A stretch of 64,000 nucleotides of DNA from Negaprion brevirostris (GCA_030324005.1 JARDVH010000124.1:27073296-27137295); one strand, 5' to 3'; positions 1 to 13,220 are shown, numbered from the stretch's first letter. Numbers and translations are program-made. Notes: generated from the sequence alone by a model not told the origin.

Positions 1-847
1 GTAACATCTGAAGCTTGAGTCTTACTGCCAGTGAATGGCTTTCAGCAGGATTATAAAAAGTGTCAGTCTTTTTTCCCAATAATGCTGAGGCAATGGCTGT
101 GACTTCAAAACACCTCAAAAAATATCAACTCACTGTTGATTAATATTATGGGAACAAGCCATAGGTTAGAAATTGGTTCATGCCTAGCTTTGGCCATAAG
201 CTCAACGGTGATGATGAACTGCAGTACTGAAACTAATGCACAATGTAACACAATGTAGGTTTTAAATGAAACATTTCTTAGTTAAAAAAGCAACCTGATT
301 GTGTCTTTTAGGTGGGATCTTATGAAGTTGCTGTAGAATAGTGGACTCCAAAGTAGATTTAAAACTAAAAGGATTATCACCATGACCTAAAATGAACCTG
401 CTAACATCCCACATGAACGTACAATCATTTATTTAATAGAACTCACTGACCAAATCCTTTTTCATATACTATTTGTCATTTTCAGCATAAGGTGATCAAT
501 ATCTTGGCTTTGAAATAAATAATATATTACAACTGTCACAATAAGTTACATCATCTACAGCTGATCATATTTGAAGCATAAAGCACAACATTGGCTAATA
601 TCGAATGTAAAAGTCCAGTTGGTTATATTTTTTAAAGAAGGTTGTTGAGAACGGCAGATGAAACAATGCTATATTATTGCTCCCTCCATAACTATCTTAA
701 GGAGATTTCATAATTTAGTCCCAAATTTGTCCTTGTATTTGGCACAGACACAATTGCCTAAGACCACACAGCATTCTCTGTTGTAGCTTTACTACAATTT
801 GGCATTGTGTCACCTCTGGTCTAAAGAAAATTAAAGTTAACACAGCA

Positions 848-1753
848 GGCGCTATTTTACCATTTGGATTCTAAGTGCTGGGCGGACTTGAAACTGGGAG
901 TGTTTCAGATCCAACNNNNNNNNNNNNNNNNNNNNNNNNNNNNNNNNNNNNNNNNNNNNNNNNNNNNNNNNNNNNNNNNNNNNNNNNNNNNNNNNNNNNN
1001 NNNNNNNNNNNNNNNNNNNNNNNNNNNNNNNNNNNNNNNNNNNNNNNNNNNNNNNNNNNNNNNNNNNNNNNNNNNNNNNNNNNNNNNNNNNNNNNNNNNN
1101 NNNNNNNNNNNNNNNNNNNNNNNNNNNNNNNNNNNNNNNNNNNNNNNNNNNNNNNNNNNNNNNNNNNNNNNNNNNNNNNNNNNNNNNNNNNNNNNNNNNN
1201 NNNNNNNNNNNNNNNNNNNNNNNNNNNNNNNNNNNNNNNNNNNNNNNNNNNNNNNNNNNNNNNNNNNNNNNNNNNNNNNNNNNNNNNNNNNNNNNNNNNN
1301 NNNNNNNNNNNNNNNNNNNNNNNNNNNNNNNNNNNNNNNNNNNNNNNNNNNNNNNNNNNNNNNNNNNNNNNNNNNNNNNNNNNNNNNNNNNNNNNNNNNN
1401 NNNNNNNNNNNNNNNNNNNNNNNNNNNNNNNNNNAGCCATTAGACATGCGGCACTGACCTCCTCACTCACTGGAGAGCCCAAATCAGATTTTTATGGAGC
1501 ATGCCTGTTTCTGCCGATTCTGGATGGGTGAACATGGTGGTAACGGGGAAAGTGCCAGTAAGGCTGGGCGTGCAGCCCACTAAATCAATTTAAATGCATG
1601 CAGATATATTTAAATAGCCATCGTGACCATTTCCGGGCCTTGGTAAAGGGGGAACCAGTGCGGAGGCAGGTGCAGATTGTGCTACTCACCACAACCCAAC
1701 TTTACCAAGTTTTCTGCCCGAAAATGGGCGCAACTTGATGGTAAAATCAGGCT
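848..1753. mobile_element. Non-autonomous DNA transposon-like element (gapped)
   Basis: Imperfect terminal inverted repeats ggcgctattttacca / tggtaaaatcaggct around a GC-richer interior. Confidence 0.45.
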
Positions 1754-3323
1754 CAGTGTCTCAGAAATTCATTCCACTTAAAGAAGCATCACAGGCCACA
1801 CTAGTTAGATTTCAGTGTGTGCTGATAGGTTGCTCAGACGATGCAGATTATTTGCCTTGTTTTCACCAAATCCTGAAGCATCAGTAGCCCTGAGTCTCCG
1901 GCCATTCATGTCCTGCTGCCACTGCTGTGGGAACGAAGAATCTGTTGGTCAGCAAAGGCTGAGTTCACTGCAGTGGCACCTGAGAATCCCAGCTGCGGTG
2001 AGGTCAGAAAATCCTGCCCAATATCTATGAACAGACACCCTACAAACATTCAAAACAATGAAGAGCGTAACTTATTATGGAANNNNTACAACCTTGTGGG
2101 TACAAATTATATGGTCTGTTGAATGCCATCTCACTCACAGGGTGCCCTGGCACAATTATAATTGGAATATAGAATGGAACTCCACTTAAAGATGCCATTG
2201 TGCATATTGTAAAGCAAAATATTGTCAACAGGCAATGGGAAGAATACATTGTTTTGTGCAGAGAAATATCTGTCATAGCTATGAAAACATTGGTATCTGA
2301 AAAACAATAAAATATACAGCAGTGTTTTTCTGTCTGTTTGGAGGAAAGAAGAAAGAAAGGATAGATGTAATTAAAGACTGTATGGATCCCAATGTAAAGA
2401 TTGGATTGTTGTAGTTTTTCTTGCCAGTGTTTTGTATCTGCTGCTAATATGTTCCTGAAAAAAAATTGGTATTGATTTTTTTTCCACAGTCTTGCAAAAA
2501 CGTAATGAGATACAAAACTGATTACCCAGATAATTTTGATGAGGTGAAGGGTTACACACTGGTTATCAATGTATAATCATCTTTATATATTAAAAATCAT
2601 AAATACAAAGCAGTTTCATTTCTAAGGTAAAAGATTAGTGCAAACACACCCAACACATGACAGCATATACTTTCATTATTATCAATTGCCCTTTCATCTA
2701 TGTGATATTATTCTACCAATTTCAACGTGCATGCATCACAATAAAAGAAAAGATCTCCAGCAACATCAATCAATACTAAAAAAAATATAAAATTTTTGCT
2801 GATTAATTTGAGGATCATTGGATTGCGAGTTAGACCACTTCTGCTCTGCCACTCAGCCACAGTTGCTTTTTGCTCCTGTCTTCTGCTGAAGCTGAAGACA
2901 TATTTTGCTCGACTCCCTGCTGGTCAGTACAATGAGACATCTCTTGTGTATAAAATAACAAAGAATACCGAGTTATGTTACTGATCTTAACAAATTGTTA
3001 GCTTTAGTTATTAGGAGTCAGAGGTCTGACTTGTAAGATCTATATGCCAAAGTATTCTGTTTTATTTAATGAAAGGTCTATCTCGACAGTAAAAGCCACT
3101 ATCAAGGTTGTTAGGAATGAGTTAACATACCTTCCAATTAAGTCCTAATTTGATGTCAATTATTCAGTAGAAGTCATTGATATATAAAGGGGTCACAGGT
3201 GGCACTATTTTGTTGATGGAGAATTGTGTGTGAAGTTGGATTAAAGAAATAAAGATATTTCATGAAGAAACAGAACTTGTGTCACCTTTACAGCAACTGT
3301 GAGGCTCAAACAAAGGTATTCAT

Positions 3324-3507
3324 GGAGAGAGAGAGCAAAGGCAATGTTTTGAATTGGATGACCCTTCATCAGACTTGAGAAGGGCCATCCAAACGTGAAA
3401 TGTTAGACCTATCGTCTCTTTGTAGATGCTGTCAGACCTGCTGAGATTTTCCAGCATTTTCTGTTTTTATTTCATATTCCAGCATTCAATATATTTTGCT
3501 TTTTAAC
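3324..3507 (+). mobile_element. Short Penelope-like terminal fragment with inverted 5' part
   Basis: 11-bp direct repeat AAGGTATTCAT at 3313-3323 and 3508-3518. Internal head-to-head duplication centred ~3373. The tail family recurs at ~17985-18110 (-), ~22040-22095 and ~25420-25500. Confidence 0.6.
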
Positions 3508-4379
3508 AAGGTATTCATTGTTGCTTAGCACTGCTCTGAAGATTGTTCCTTCTGAAAATTTGGGGGGAAAAGCAACAAAATCAAGAGAAGTTTTTTTTTG
3601 TTTTCTTGGCTTGTCAAGAGCAAATCATGGACAAATTAAGAACAATTATTTGGGGCTAAGGATATAAATGAACATAAATAATTAATTTGTGAACTTAACC
3701 CATGAGGATATTTTAAAATATCAACACAACTACTGGTGGGAAAGTTAAGCAATAGAAAGATAAAGAACAACAAATCTTAATGTCTAGTTCTCCTCAATTG
3801 CAAACACAAAATGAATTCCGAATTTTGTAATAATGGTACTATTTGGTGCTGTCTGTGTTTATCCTCTACAAAGCATATCCCATTGAAAGTGGAAGAAATT
3901 GGGACTTGTGTCCTATCCATTTCTTTGTTGCACTGTTTTCCCATAATCTACCTTTCCAAGTTTACTTTTAGTTGTACCCTGTTATCCTTTCCTAATCCAA
4001 GATTTTCTACTCTGATTTCAGTGACCATGAGGTTCTGGTATACTATCACCTTTAATCCCTGCTCTATATTTTTCTTTCTGAATATCTCAGCAGACACATG
4101 TATATCAAAATCTTGCTGGAGTTTACACTGGAGGGATCTTATGGTCCTGCTGATGGCACTCTCCCACTGTGGGTTTTCCAGTAGTGAGGGATGCGTTCAA
4201 TAGGAAACCTCAGACAATAGTGGGACCATAAGATCATACTGCCAGTGAGTGATGCAGCACCTTCTGTCACCATGAAACACACTGTGGAGGGGCAGGAAAA
4301 TCCCACCCATTGTGCCTTTATACTTTTACAATGTAAAATGGTATTTTTCTTTACATAAACTACTTTTTAAAAAATTCTT

Positions 4380-4710
4380 ACATAGGATGCAAGTGTTGTA
4401 GGCAAGACCAGTATTTGTGCTTCATTCCTTATTGCCCTTGAGAAGGTGATGAGCTGCCACCTTGAACCACTGCAGTCCATATGTTATAGGTAAACCAGCA
4501 GCGCTGTTAGGAAGGGAATTCCAGGATCTTGATGCAGCAAATGAAGCAATGGCGATTATAGATCCAAGTCAGGATGCTGTGTGGCTTGGAGGGGAACTGC
4601 AGACGGTCTTCCTGTGCATTTACGTTCTAGGTGGTAAAGATTGTGGGTTTGGTAGGTTCCTGCAGTGCACTTTGTAATTGATAAACACTGCTGCCATTGT
4701 ATGTTAAGGG
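4380..4710 (-). mobile_element. LINE 3' tail fragment (same family as 20190-21330 and 62590-62820)
   Basis: Shared motif ttgcccttgagaaggtggtgagctgcc...ttgaaccactgcagtcc...ttccaagtcaggatg. Confidence 0.6.
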
Positions 4711-6315
4711 ATGCTGTAAGTATTGGTACAATAAATATTGTATCAATACTTGTATCATGTGAACTTTAGCCGGTGCAGTGATAAATCTGTTTTAAAGGGT
4801 TTTGTTTATTGGATATTGGTTTTGATTGGAATATCTGATATATGTTGGTTAAGGGTTATACGTTATTGTAATTGTTTTGCTTTCACTTGTAATTGATAAA
4901 AGCTATTGCTGATATTCATCCTGTATATGTTAACTATATCCTTAAATAACTTTGTTTGATAAGCTTCCCAGTGGATTTTTTGAATTACACCTGAAGTGAA
5001 ACATCCCATGCTTATCCTAGCCAAATTTATGATTCAAGTGGGCTTCATAAAACACTTTAGCTTCTAACCTGAACTATAACAAAAGGAACAATTTTAGCAT
5101 TGTGACACTCCATACCATGTATCTTTTCTTCATTTCCTCAATTTTAATTTGAAGTTCTAATAGTTCATTGGTTTCACTTTTTAATTCTTTCAAGCAATTG
5201 TCCTGATTTATCAGAACTCCTTTTCTTGTTCAAAGGATTTTCCCTGATACTTCTAATGCTTGAAATTCACCAGGTTTTAACTAAAGATTAACCTTTGCTA
5301 AGTTTGCTTTATCAAGTTTATCCTTCGGACATTTCAAGTTGTCAGTCAAATCTTTAACTTTCCCTGACTGACACTCAATAGTTCTCATCAATTCTTTTTT
5401 CATTCATAAACTCCTCTTTCATACATGAGTTGATTTTCTACATTACTCGGGTTTTCCTTCAATTTCTTTGTTATGTGCAATAAATGTCTAAATTTTGTCC
5501 AGAGTAGTTTTCAGAAGTTCATTAAGATCACCATGATCAGCTGCCTGTTGCAATATAGTTGTCATCACATTAGTGTCTCCATAAACCAAATCATTACCTG
5601 GAATGAAATCTATTCCTCCAATTGATAATAAAGGAATGATACCCACTGTAATGATTCTGTTCACAAAGTTACTTCTTGAGTTAACTTCACACAAAGAAAC
5701 AGGTTCATCCCTTCCATTAATAACTGTTACAAATACTTTCCCCTTTATGAAGCAATCTAGAACAGAATTTGTATTAACAGCCACCATCAGTAATTGATCT
5801 GCTCCTGTCTTTCTTAAAATTTTAATTAGTTTATTTATTGTGTTAGATGAATAGGGGAATACTTCTCCGTTTGAAGCAAAACATCCAGAACCCTCAATAA
5901 CCTGACTGACTTCACCAACACTCAAATAATCTTCTAAACAATCTTGAATGTTATCCCATTTCCTCACTGATTCTGAAAGAGCATGTTTTACCTGTACCAC
6001 TGCTATAGTTTTCACAGCAATTCCCTTTCCACGTGTTCCCTTTCCTACTATTGCAACTGGTCTCCTATTTAATTTCCAACAATCTGCCTGCGTATGTCTC
6101 ACTTTGTTATAATTGAAACAGTTAGGTGTCTGAATGTCACAAGATAATGGGGAAAAAAAAGTTTGGTTTTATGGACCAGTTCATAATCATCAGCCAGCTC
6201 TTCTGCCTGCCTGGCAGGCAGTTTTAACTTTTTGTTACTCAACATGAGATCTAATAAGCAAATTAAGTGAATCTGTAAATCCTTCTAAAATAATCACCTT
6301 GCTAAGGGCTGACAC

Positions 6316-6720
6316 ACTTCACGACACAACAACGCAGAATCGCTGAGCAGAAACTGATAGCCAAGTTCTGCACACATGAGGACGGCCTCAACTGGGATCT
6401 TGGATTAATGTCACACTATCTGTAATCCCCACGACTTGCCTGGGTTTGCAACATCTTGCTAACTGTCCTGGCTGGAGACAATACACATTTCTTTAACTTT
6501 TACTTGGCCCTATCTCCACTTGCATTGTTTCTATCTTTAAGACTTGATTTCCTGTAAACACTCATGTTATCTTGTAAACTGGGTTTGTGTCTGTATATGC
6601 CCTGTTTGTGAACACAATTCCTCACTGACCTGAAGAAAGAGCAATGCTCTGAAAACTTGTGCTGCCAAATAAACCTGTTAGATTTTAATCTGGTGTTGAG
6701 ACCTCTTACTGTACTTCACA
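6316..6720 (+). mobile_element. Penelope-like element 3' fragment (ORF C-terminus plus pLTR-like end)
   Basis: QRRIAEQKLIAKFCTHEDGLNWDLGLMSHYL* is typical of a PLE ORF end. It is followed by a hammerhead-like core at ~6630-6660 and AATAAA. Confidence 0.7.
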
Positions 6721-6740
6721 TACCTCAAATAACTCCAACT

Positions 6741-7030
6741 GTGGCATAGTGGTTAGCACTGCTGCCTCTCAGCGCCAGGAACCTGGGTTTGTTTCCTGGT
6801 TTGGGTCACTGTCTGTGCAGAATCTGCACTTTCTCCTTGGGTCAACATGGGTTTCTTCCGGGTGCTCTGGTTTCCTCCAACAGTCCAAAAGAAGTGCTGG
6901 TTAGGTGCATTGTCCATACAAATTCTCCTTCCATGTACCCGAACAGGTGCCAGAGTGTGGCAACTAGGGACTTTTCACAGTAGCTTCATTGCAATGTTAA
7001 TGTAAGTCTACTTGTGACAAATTAATAAAC
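6741..7030 (+). mobile_element. tRNA-derived SINE (HE1/V-SINE-like)
   Basis: Head gtggttagcactgctgcctc...gggtt(cga)ttcc with pol III A/B-box-like motifs; many copies in the window. Confidence 0.8.
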
Positions 7031-7229
7031 TTTTTTCTTTTAATTGATTTAATTCAGTTGCCCACTTAGTCCTTTTTAAGGATCCCACCATTTAACAATA
7101 AATCCCAGATCAAGTTTTACTATTCAGAATCCAATAACTTGGTTTCCATTTTCAAAATATGAATTACAACTAATCAGCATCAAATAACTCTGTCTCCACA
7201 TTTTGAAATCCTGCAATAGCCCCCACTTT

Positions 7230-8480
7230 TGTTATGATCCCAGTTGGTATTACTACTGGGTGGGAAGATTCCAGAATGGAACCCTGGCTCAAAAGATCAC
7301 AACCTACCCTTTTTTTAGCAAATCTGGAGGAACAAAGTCACAAGACAACTAGTTAGTTCTGGCAACAAGGAAAAAACAGTTATTACATGTTGATTATAAT
7401 ACAGTATGCTTTTCATCACCCCCCCACCCCAGCTTTAAAAATATACCACTTTTAAAAATAACACCCCACTCTGCCCCAAATGGCTAATGCCACTCCAACC
7501 GATCTTCCATGGACTTCTCACAATACCCCCTGATGATTATCACATGAGTTTCCAAACAGCATTCCCAAAAAGATATGCTTTAAAATCATCTTTCAAACAA
7601 TACTTTCCATCAACTGTTTCCATTAAAAATCCACTCCAAGTTTTCTAACAATCAGAATGCACATAGAAACTCTACAGTGCAGAAAGAGGCCATTTGGCCC
7701 ATTAAGTTTGCACCGACCACAACCCCACCCTGGCCTATCCCTATATTTACCCACTAATCCCTCTAACCTACACATCTCAGGACACTAAGGGGCAATTTTA
7801 TCATGGCCAATCAACCTAACCTGCACATCTTTGGGCTGTGGGAGGAAACCAGAGGAAACCCATGCAGACATGAGGAGAATGTGTGGAGTTTGCACAGTCA
7901 GCGACCCAAGCCGGGAATCAAACCCAGGTCCCTGGAGCTGTGAAGCGACAGTGCTAACCACTGCTACTGTGCCATATCCTGTCAAACAAATTTCAATACT
8001 CTGTTTAAGTACCTGTTTCCTCAGTTCCTTTAACCTCAGACTTCTCGGAAACTTCTTTCTTTCTCTCGTTTTCTTAATTTGCTGTTCTTTAAGTCTCCTG
8101 CACTTGTTTTCTTAATCATTACTCCACGGTTGACTTCTAACAAAGTGAGAGTGATGTTCCCTTTCTACTCTGTTATAATTAACTGCTGCGTTCAGCTAAA
8201 ACCACACTCGTAAAGCCAGCCTATGCTAAAGGCACCCTGGTTATTAAACAATGACTTTATACTTCTCCCAGCCTGTTTGTTTTCATGCTGTAGCCCTCTC
8301 TAACTCAGTAGAAGCACAGTCTGAAATGAAAACAAACCCAGATATACTTTGTTTAGCATGAATCTAGTTCTAATCCTCTATATAGAACCGCCAAATTAAA
8401 CCCATTTAAATTTGCACATTATTTCTAATATTTAACAATACAAATATAAATCCTTTAAAATTACCTCTGTTTTCCTGACA
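7230..8480 (-). mobile_element. Putative 5' LTR of the Gypsy element (contains a SINE)
   Basis: On the minus strand it begins TGTCAGG (8480) and ends TCATAACA (7230), adjacent to the PBS-like sequence. Confidence 0.5.
7660..7975 (-). mobile_element. tRNA-derived SINE
   Basis: Reverse-complement copy of the same SINE head and body. Confidence 0.8.
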
Positions 8481-8579
8481 GTAGTCAATTTACATCTTGA
8501 GATTCCTATAAATTGCCCTTTTTGGCAACCTTATAAATTGTAATTAAGGCCCAAGTCATTTGTACACTGTGCAAACTTA

Positions 8580-9470
8580 AAGTTGAAGTAGAACACATCA
8601 AAGCCATCCTGCAGGATAATGGCTACCCTGATCAGACCATTGCTTGTTGTATATCATGCAAGCTCATGGATGGGCCTAAGACTGTCACTTTCCAACTGNN
8701 NNNNNNNNAAGAGCAAGATATCTCAAAAGTTTAAGCAACAGGTGAAGGTAGCTGTTTCACACGGCTTCCATGCAGTAGCAACACGAGTGGTATTCACCAC
8801 TAACTCGATGCTGTCACCAAACAAAAAAGATGTTCTGCCTCTTGCACGTATGAGCAAATATGTGGTATATGAATTTCACTATTGGAGTGATGCCAGATAT
8901 GTAGGCCATATGTCCCAATGACTGAGGAATCATTTCAAATAGCAAGTCCCTTTGGCTTTTCATGGCAGGCAAAGTACTAACTGTACCCAACCAACCTCAA
9001 CTTGCAAAACTCAAAACAAAATGTCTAACATTAAATGTGATTGTGCAGTTGGACAACACTTGCTTAAAAACTCAAATTGTGCAAAGAACTATACTGGAAA
9101 CCAATTTAAGAATTTCAGAATGCAGCCCCCTTATGCGTGCTACAAGTCACATATATTCTCACACAAGGACCTGTCCTTTGCAGACAGAAGGAGCATGTAC
9201 ACACCTTGTGCCTTTTGCAACTAACCTAGAGCATAGGAGACAGCTATTACCTGATTCGTTCCTCATGGCAATGCCTTGATGAATTGGAGTTGATCTACCT
9301 GGTTTGAATTTGAACAAAAGCTTGGCAGTTAACTTGTCCCTGTTGTTTCTTCCACGGTAATGCCTCCACCAATCAGAATCCACTTGACAACCAGTCATCA
9401 ATCTTTTCTCATGCAGTATAAATTATTGTTCCATTTACTATTAATTTTTTTTCTGTCCTGAAAGTAAATT
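8580..9470 (+). mobile_element. Penelope-like retroelement remnant with GIY-YIG endonuclease
   Basis: HIKAILQDNGYP (RT thumb region) and VVYEFHYWSDARYVGH (GIY-YIG-like), with stops and frameshifts. Confidence 0.7.
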
Positions 9471-10129
9471 AAACTATTTTCAAGTCTATAAGATTTTTTA
9501 GGAACTGTAAAGGACCAGTGAGCTCAAACAAGCTTGTGCCACTTTCATAGATTAGCCACACCTCACAAATCTTTCTCTTTCCAGAACTGCAGCCAATTGC
9601 CTCTTGAAGCCATGTTATTTAATTAGTGGACAATTTAACAAGAGTTTGTGTTTCCCTTTTATAACGGTTTTATTCACTTTACCACTAACATCACCAAGGA
9701 GAAAGTAAGAACCTTACTCCTGTGAAAATGTGATTATTGAGATGTTTTTTCTTACTTTGAAAGATTTACAGTTCTTCTGAATTATTCATTTTTCACCTGT
9801 ATGAATGAATCTCAACAATCAGTATGTTTTCCAGTATGTTAATTTAATTAGTCTTCTTTCCACTATTATCCTGTTTCCATGAATGTACTCTGGGCCCTAG
9901 GCTTCTCAAAGTTATCACTAATGCTGACTTGTACTGGAAGACATGAAGTAATTCTGCTTTTCTCACTCTGAATAAAGCACATTGCTCACACAAGAGGTAC
10001 CGATAATATATTTTACTCTTGACATAATAGTTTAATTATTAACAAATGATCTGTTTAGTTCTTGCTTTTAAGACATACAACCACAATACCAAGTTTGAGC
10101 ATTGATTTACTCCCAGTTGTGCATTTGAC

Positions 10130-11160
10130 TAATAGAATCGTAGCACCTTACAATACAGAAGTAGGCAGTTCACCCCATCATCTGTGTGCCAGCTCAAGCA
10201 AAGGGCTATACAAATTAGTGTCACTATTGTCTTCTTTCCCCAAAGCCTTGCATTTTTCTCCTCTCCAAGTATTTATGAAATATTTTTGAAAGTTATTGTA
10301 TGTGAAATGGCTTTCACTACCTTTCAGACAATGCATTCAAGCTGCTTGCAAAAAATGTTTTCTCAAATCATGGCAGGCTCTTTTGCCAATTACTTTAAAT
10401 TTATGTTCTCCGATTACTGACATTTTGGACATTGGAACTGTTTCCCCTATTTATCCTCTCAAAACGTTTTAATATTTTGAAAACCTTGATTAAATATCTC
10501 TTTCTTTGTCTCTACTGTAAGGAATACTATTTGTTTTTCTAGTCTGTGTCTGAATCCCCTCAATCTTGGTAGCATTTTAGTAAATCTTCTCTGAACCTTC
10601 TCCAAAGACTTGATATTCTTCTAGATGCGCAATGCCTAGAATTGAAGACAATGTTCCAGATCATGTCGAAGTAGTGATTTGTGAAGGTTTACTGCAAGTT
10701 CCATGTTTTTGGACTCTGTCTCTATTATTAAAGCCAAGGACATGTATACTTTTTTGATATCCTTCTCAACTTGTCCTTCCATCTTAAAGGTTTCTGTACA
10801 CAGCCCTCCAGATTTCTTGCTCACCCTCTAAAATTGTATCATCTGGCTTATATTACATTTCTTCATTCTTCTGCCAAAAATGCATTGCTCATATTTCTCT
10901 ACATTAAATTTCATCAGCTAAATATCTCCCATTTCAACAGTTTGTCTATGTTCTCCATTACTATCATTTTCACTGTTAGCTACTTTTCTATATTTTTTGT
11001 CATCTGCAAATCTTGGAATGATGCTCTATATATCCAAGTCTAGGCCATGATTTTATATCAAAAACAGCAGTTGTCTTAATAATAGTCTCTGGGAGACATG
11101 ACATATATTTTCTTCTAGTCTGAAAAACAACCATTGATCACTATTTTGTTTTCTGTCTAT
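10130..11160 (-). mobile_element. Decayed CR1-type LINE 3' portion
   Basis: RT C-terminal remnant LHKSLLRHDLEHCLQF (cf. LYKSLVRPHLEYCVQFW). Confidence 0.65.
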
Positions 11161-12029
11161 TGGCTAATAATTCCTCATTAGTATTCACAATCAATTGATG
11201 ATCTCCAGCAGTTACAAAGAACATCATCATTCCAGATGTTTCCCTACTGTGTATTGTGCCAATATCAATACAGTACTCTCTAACAGTCCAGGCAAAAGCC
11301 ATCTAACTCTGTTCTACTTCAGAGTGCAGATGCACGTACAAAATATGTATCTCAAATGTATTCTGGTTGCAGTTAAAGACATTACCAAAAGGTGACAAAA
11401 TAGAACTACATAAATTCTTATAAAGTGAATGTTCCTTAGTAGAGGATGGCTATGAATAAATGTAGAATTAAGAAGCAAACCATATTGTATATGTAGTGAT
11501 TCAGGACCTTGTTCCATTCGTGCATTGTTTTACACCAATTCATCCTGGTGGTTTTCCACATATTGAATTCTTGATTTTAGCTGAATCGTCAGGTTTATAT
11601 GCCAAGCTCAGCATTGTACCCCTGGACAACATACTGATTGTAAATTCACCAGAGGAGGCAGAAATGATGGGTAGAGCCATCCTGGTTAACAATGTTAGTG
11701 GAGAATAACGGAACGCTATTAGCACAGGCTGAGGTGCATGTCAACTACTTGAGATCTGCTGACTGGAAAACAACATCTGTTATGAGGGGAACCTGTAAAG
11801 GACATAAGCAACTTTTAAAAAATTGGAAGGAAATATAATTTAACAGCAAACTGCAAAATTAGATAGGATAAAAATGAATTGTGACATTATTTGGAAATGA
11901 AAACAAATGAATGACTTAATTGGGGAAAATGTGCACAAATGATCTGAATCTAAAATTTTAGAATTATAACCTTTCTGTCCAAAATGCAGCAGAATTTAGC
12001 AAACTTCCTGTTCTACGTGCATACACATA

Positions 12030-13220
12030 TAAAATAGGAACAGAAATAGGTCATTTTTCTCTTTCCGCCCACTCCTCCATTCAATAAGATCATGAGGGAC
12101 ATCTCACAAGAATTTGTTAAAATGTCAGTTCTGGTGAGAAAACCAGTGTGAAGCACTCCGGCTCCAGTGGCCGGTTTCCTCCCAGAATATTCACACTTTG
12201 ACAGCTTTAAAAAAAAGGGTGGACAAGTTTTGCACCATGAGCCTGGTGGAACGGGTACTCAGAGCTGGTAAAGCCAGCTGCATAGAGATCGGGATACCAT
12301 TTTTAAACCGCGCCCTAATCCAAACAAAAAGGACACATTAAAAGTAGAGAAAATAACTTCACCCCTCATTTAAAATAAAATAAAGTGGACATTTGTAAAC
12401 AAAGTTTAAAATGGACAAAAAATATATTTCCCATTTCACCAAGTACAAATGCCCCCCATGAGGCATTCAAGTCCTGACCTGGCTGTGCCAACCAGTGCCA
12501 GGAGACAGTGCCAGTTGACAACCTGGCCATGACCCCCTCCACCGGGGCCATACTTTCCCATGTACCCCCAGAGGGATCCCCGACAGGTTTACATTTTAAA
12601 AGATCTGGCTGGAACCTCACCAATGTGATACCACGTCAGTGAGGTATGAATATTCAGTGAAGTGGATGATTTGATGACAGGACTAATTTATTATATTCAG
12701 ATTTATTAAAATGTATTAAAATCAGGTTTTCGCCCATTATATGAACTTACTTACGTCATCGGCAAAGGCCAATGAAAATCGGAAATCACAGCAATGCCAG
12801 AGTGAACCATGCTTTTAGAATCTCACAGTATTTTGACCCCAGTCCGCTGATCCAGCGCAGAATGTGGGGTCAGAATCCTTCATCCGTGGCTGATTTGTTT
12901 ATGTTTTGAGTTGTCCATTCCTAGTAACCTTTGATTTTAGCTGAATATGTATCTATCTACCTCTGCCTTAAAAATAATCAATGACACCTCTTCATCTTCC
13001 TTCTGAGGAAAAGAGCTCCAAATTCTCACAATCCTCTGAAAGAAAAACTTTCTCCTCATCTCTGACCAATTAGAGCAACGCCTAATTTTTCGCACAAATT
13101 AGCCTCTTGGTCTGGACTCACCCGTAAGAGGATATGTCCTTTCCACGTCTATCTTTTCAAGACCATTTAGAATGTTATATACTTCAATCAAATCACCCCT
13201 CACTCTTCTAAACTCCAGTG
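12030..13220 (-). mobile_element. CR1-type LINE 3' end interrupted by a DNA-transposon-like insert (~12095-12880)
   Basis: The LINE tail cattcaataagatcatg resumes at gtggctgat after the GC-richer insert. Confidence 0.55.

Larger units (their letters stand above)
5100..7229 (-). mobile_element. Degenerate Gypsy-type LTR retrotransposon internal region (gag zinc knuckle and protease remnant) with nested insertions
   Basis: Decayed CCHC knuckle (CFNYNKVRHTQADCWKL), protease-like IKILRKTGADQLLM and GNDL in ORF 5488-6102. PBS-like TGGGGGCT just inside the LTR end at ~7225. Confidence 0.7.

Noticed and set aside
128-133. Minus-strand GTGAGT donor ending a 99-nt exon
   Set aside because: Meckelin-like similarity (LIFFE) continues through it, and the implied intron would be only ~40 nt.
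864-1531. Long ORFs spanning N runs (also 15570-16239, 51065-51530, 59396-59776)
   Set aside because: Artefacts of assembly gaps translated as X.
6741-6810. tRNA gene
   Set aside because: The A/B-box-like head continues into a SINE body repeated many times; no complete cloverleaf.
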